From: Macrostomum lignano
Taxonomy: Eukaryota
Reading direction: 5' to 3'
DNA length: 64,000 nt
Assembly: GCA_002269645.1 (NCBI GenBank)
Contig: NIVC01000516.1
Coordinates: forward strand, 454,892-518,891
The notes under the pieces are model-generated. The model did no database searches and had not been told where the DNA came from. It saw nothing but the letters and a program-made list of their open reading frames with translations. Each line of letters begins with the position of its first letter. Positions within the stretch are counted from its first letter, which is position 1. Below, in pieces: positions 63,465-64,000 of the stretch. The translations under genes were made by a program, and so were the position numbers.

Positions 63465-64000
63465 TTTTACTATAGAAAACCTGTTTTATACGTAAAATTA
63501 TTGTTATTGACTGCCCACCAAAACTTATTAATCTATCGCTTTCATCTACAATCCTAATATAAATTGATTGAACATTATATTGATTTAATGGGTAATATAT
63601 TGGGGTTTGAGGTGATACAATCATTTTCTCTCCAATTGGAACAGCAAGAAATGGGATTGAATAAATAATTCCACGTTGAAACCAAAACTCCGTTATTCTG
63701 TTATATAACCACCGTTTGAAATGTCGGTTGTTATATTAATTGTATTTACTCCACCCTCTATATTTCCAACTGTATCACCGGTGCTTGATGTAGTAACTAT
63801 TCAGGAATTAAATCCAAGTATGGTTCTGAGTGAATTTGCAATTGTGAAATCAACCTGATATCCGGATCCTAGTGATAGTGTGAATCTGCCAGACGGTAAA
63901 TCAACACCTATAACAATTGCTCCTGCTACCCAATCACCATTAGTTGTTAATTCTCCTTCTATATAAGCATTCAAATCAGTATAGCTATACGCTCCTGGGT
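63457..64000 (-). CDS. Minor capsid protein (penton), 3' part
   Basis: PGAYSYTDLNAYI...VDF....SLRTILGF...NTINITTDI...PIYYPL....IYIRIVDESDRLISFGGQSITIILRIK. In-frame TGA at 63801-63803 and a 1-bp loss near 63698. Confidence 0.8.

Larger units (their letters stand above)
52647..64000. mobile_element. Endogenous Polinton/Maverick (adintovirus-like) virus, running off the right edge
   Basis: Abrupt AT-rich, intronless, densely packed ORFs. Protein-primed PolB, adenain protease, penton and glycine-rich core proteins. AG/AGT-repeat terminal motif at 52647. The exact left boundary is uncertain. Confidence 0.93.

Overview
Repeat-rich metazoan genomic DNA. GC-rich Ala/Gln-rich exons and minisatellite-filled introns are reminiscent of a Macrostomum-type flatworm (inference only). 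Host genes reconstructed by hand from GT-AG splice sites and reading phase: a Shaw/Kv3 potassium channel (minus strand, last exon outside the window), an RGS gene with two candidate alternative first exons, an unassigned two-exon helical protein, an SSUH2-like zinc-finger gene, an NDUFA4/B12D-like gene, an intronless divergent UBE2D and a complete 4-exon ARP6. Interspersed are about 20 mini/microsatellites, a tRNA-derived SINE (3 copies), a hAT-type MITE (4 copies, one with a perfect 8-bp TSD) and a 1.15-kb foldback element. From about 52.6 kb to the window end lies an AT-rich endogenous Polinton/Maverick (adintovirus-like) virus: protein-primed PolB with an endonuclease VII domain, glycine-rich membrane-active core proteins, a double-lectin fibre, an adenain protease and a minor capsid. 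Almost all of its lesions are 1-bp losses in short base runs, so it may be intact in vivo. Its most unusual features are a self-complementary fold-back left end with iteron-like repeats, a T-shaped double-hairpin insertion inside polB whose arms match parvovirus (AAV) ITR arm cores, and GC-rich mini-hairpins at gene ends.
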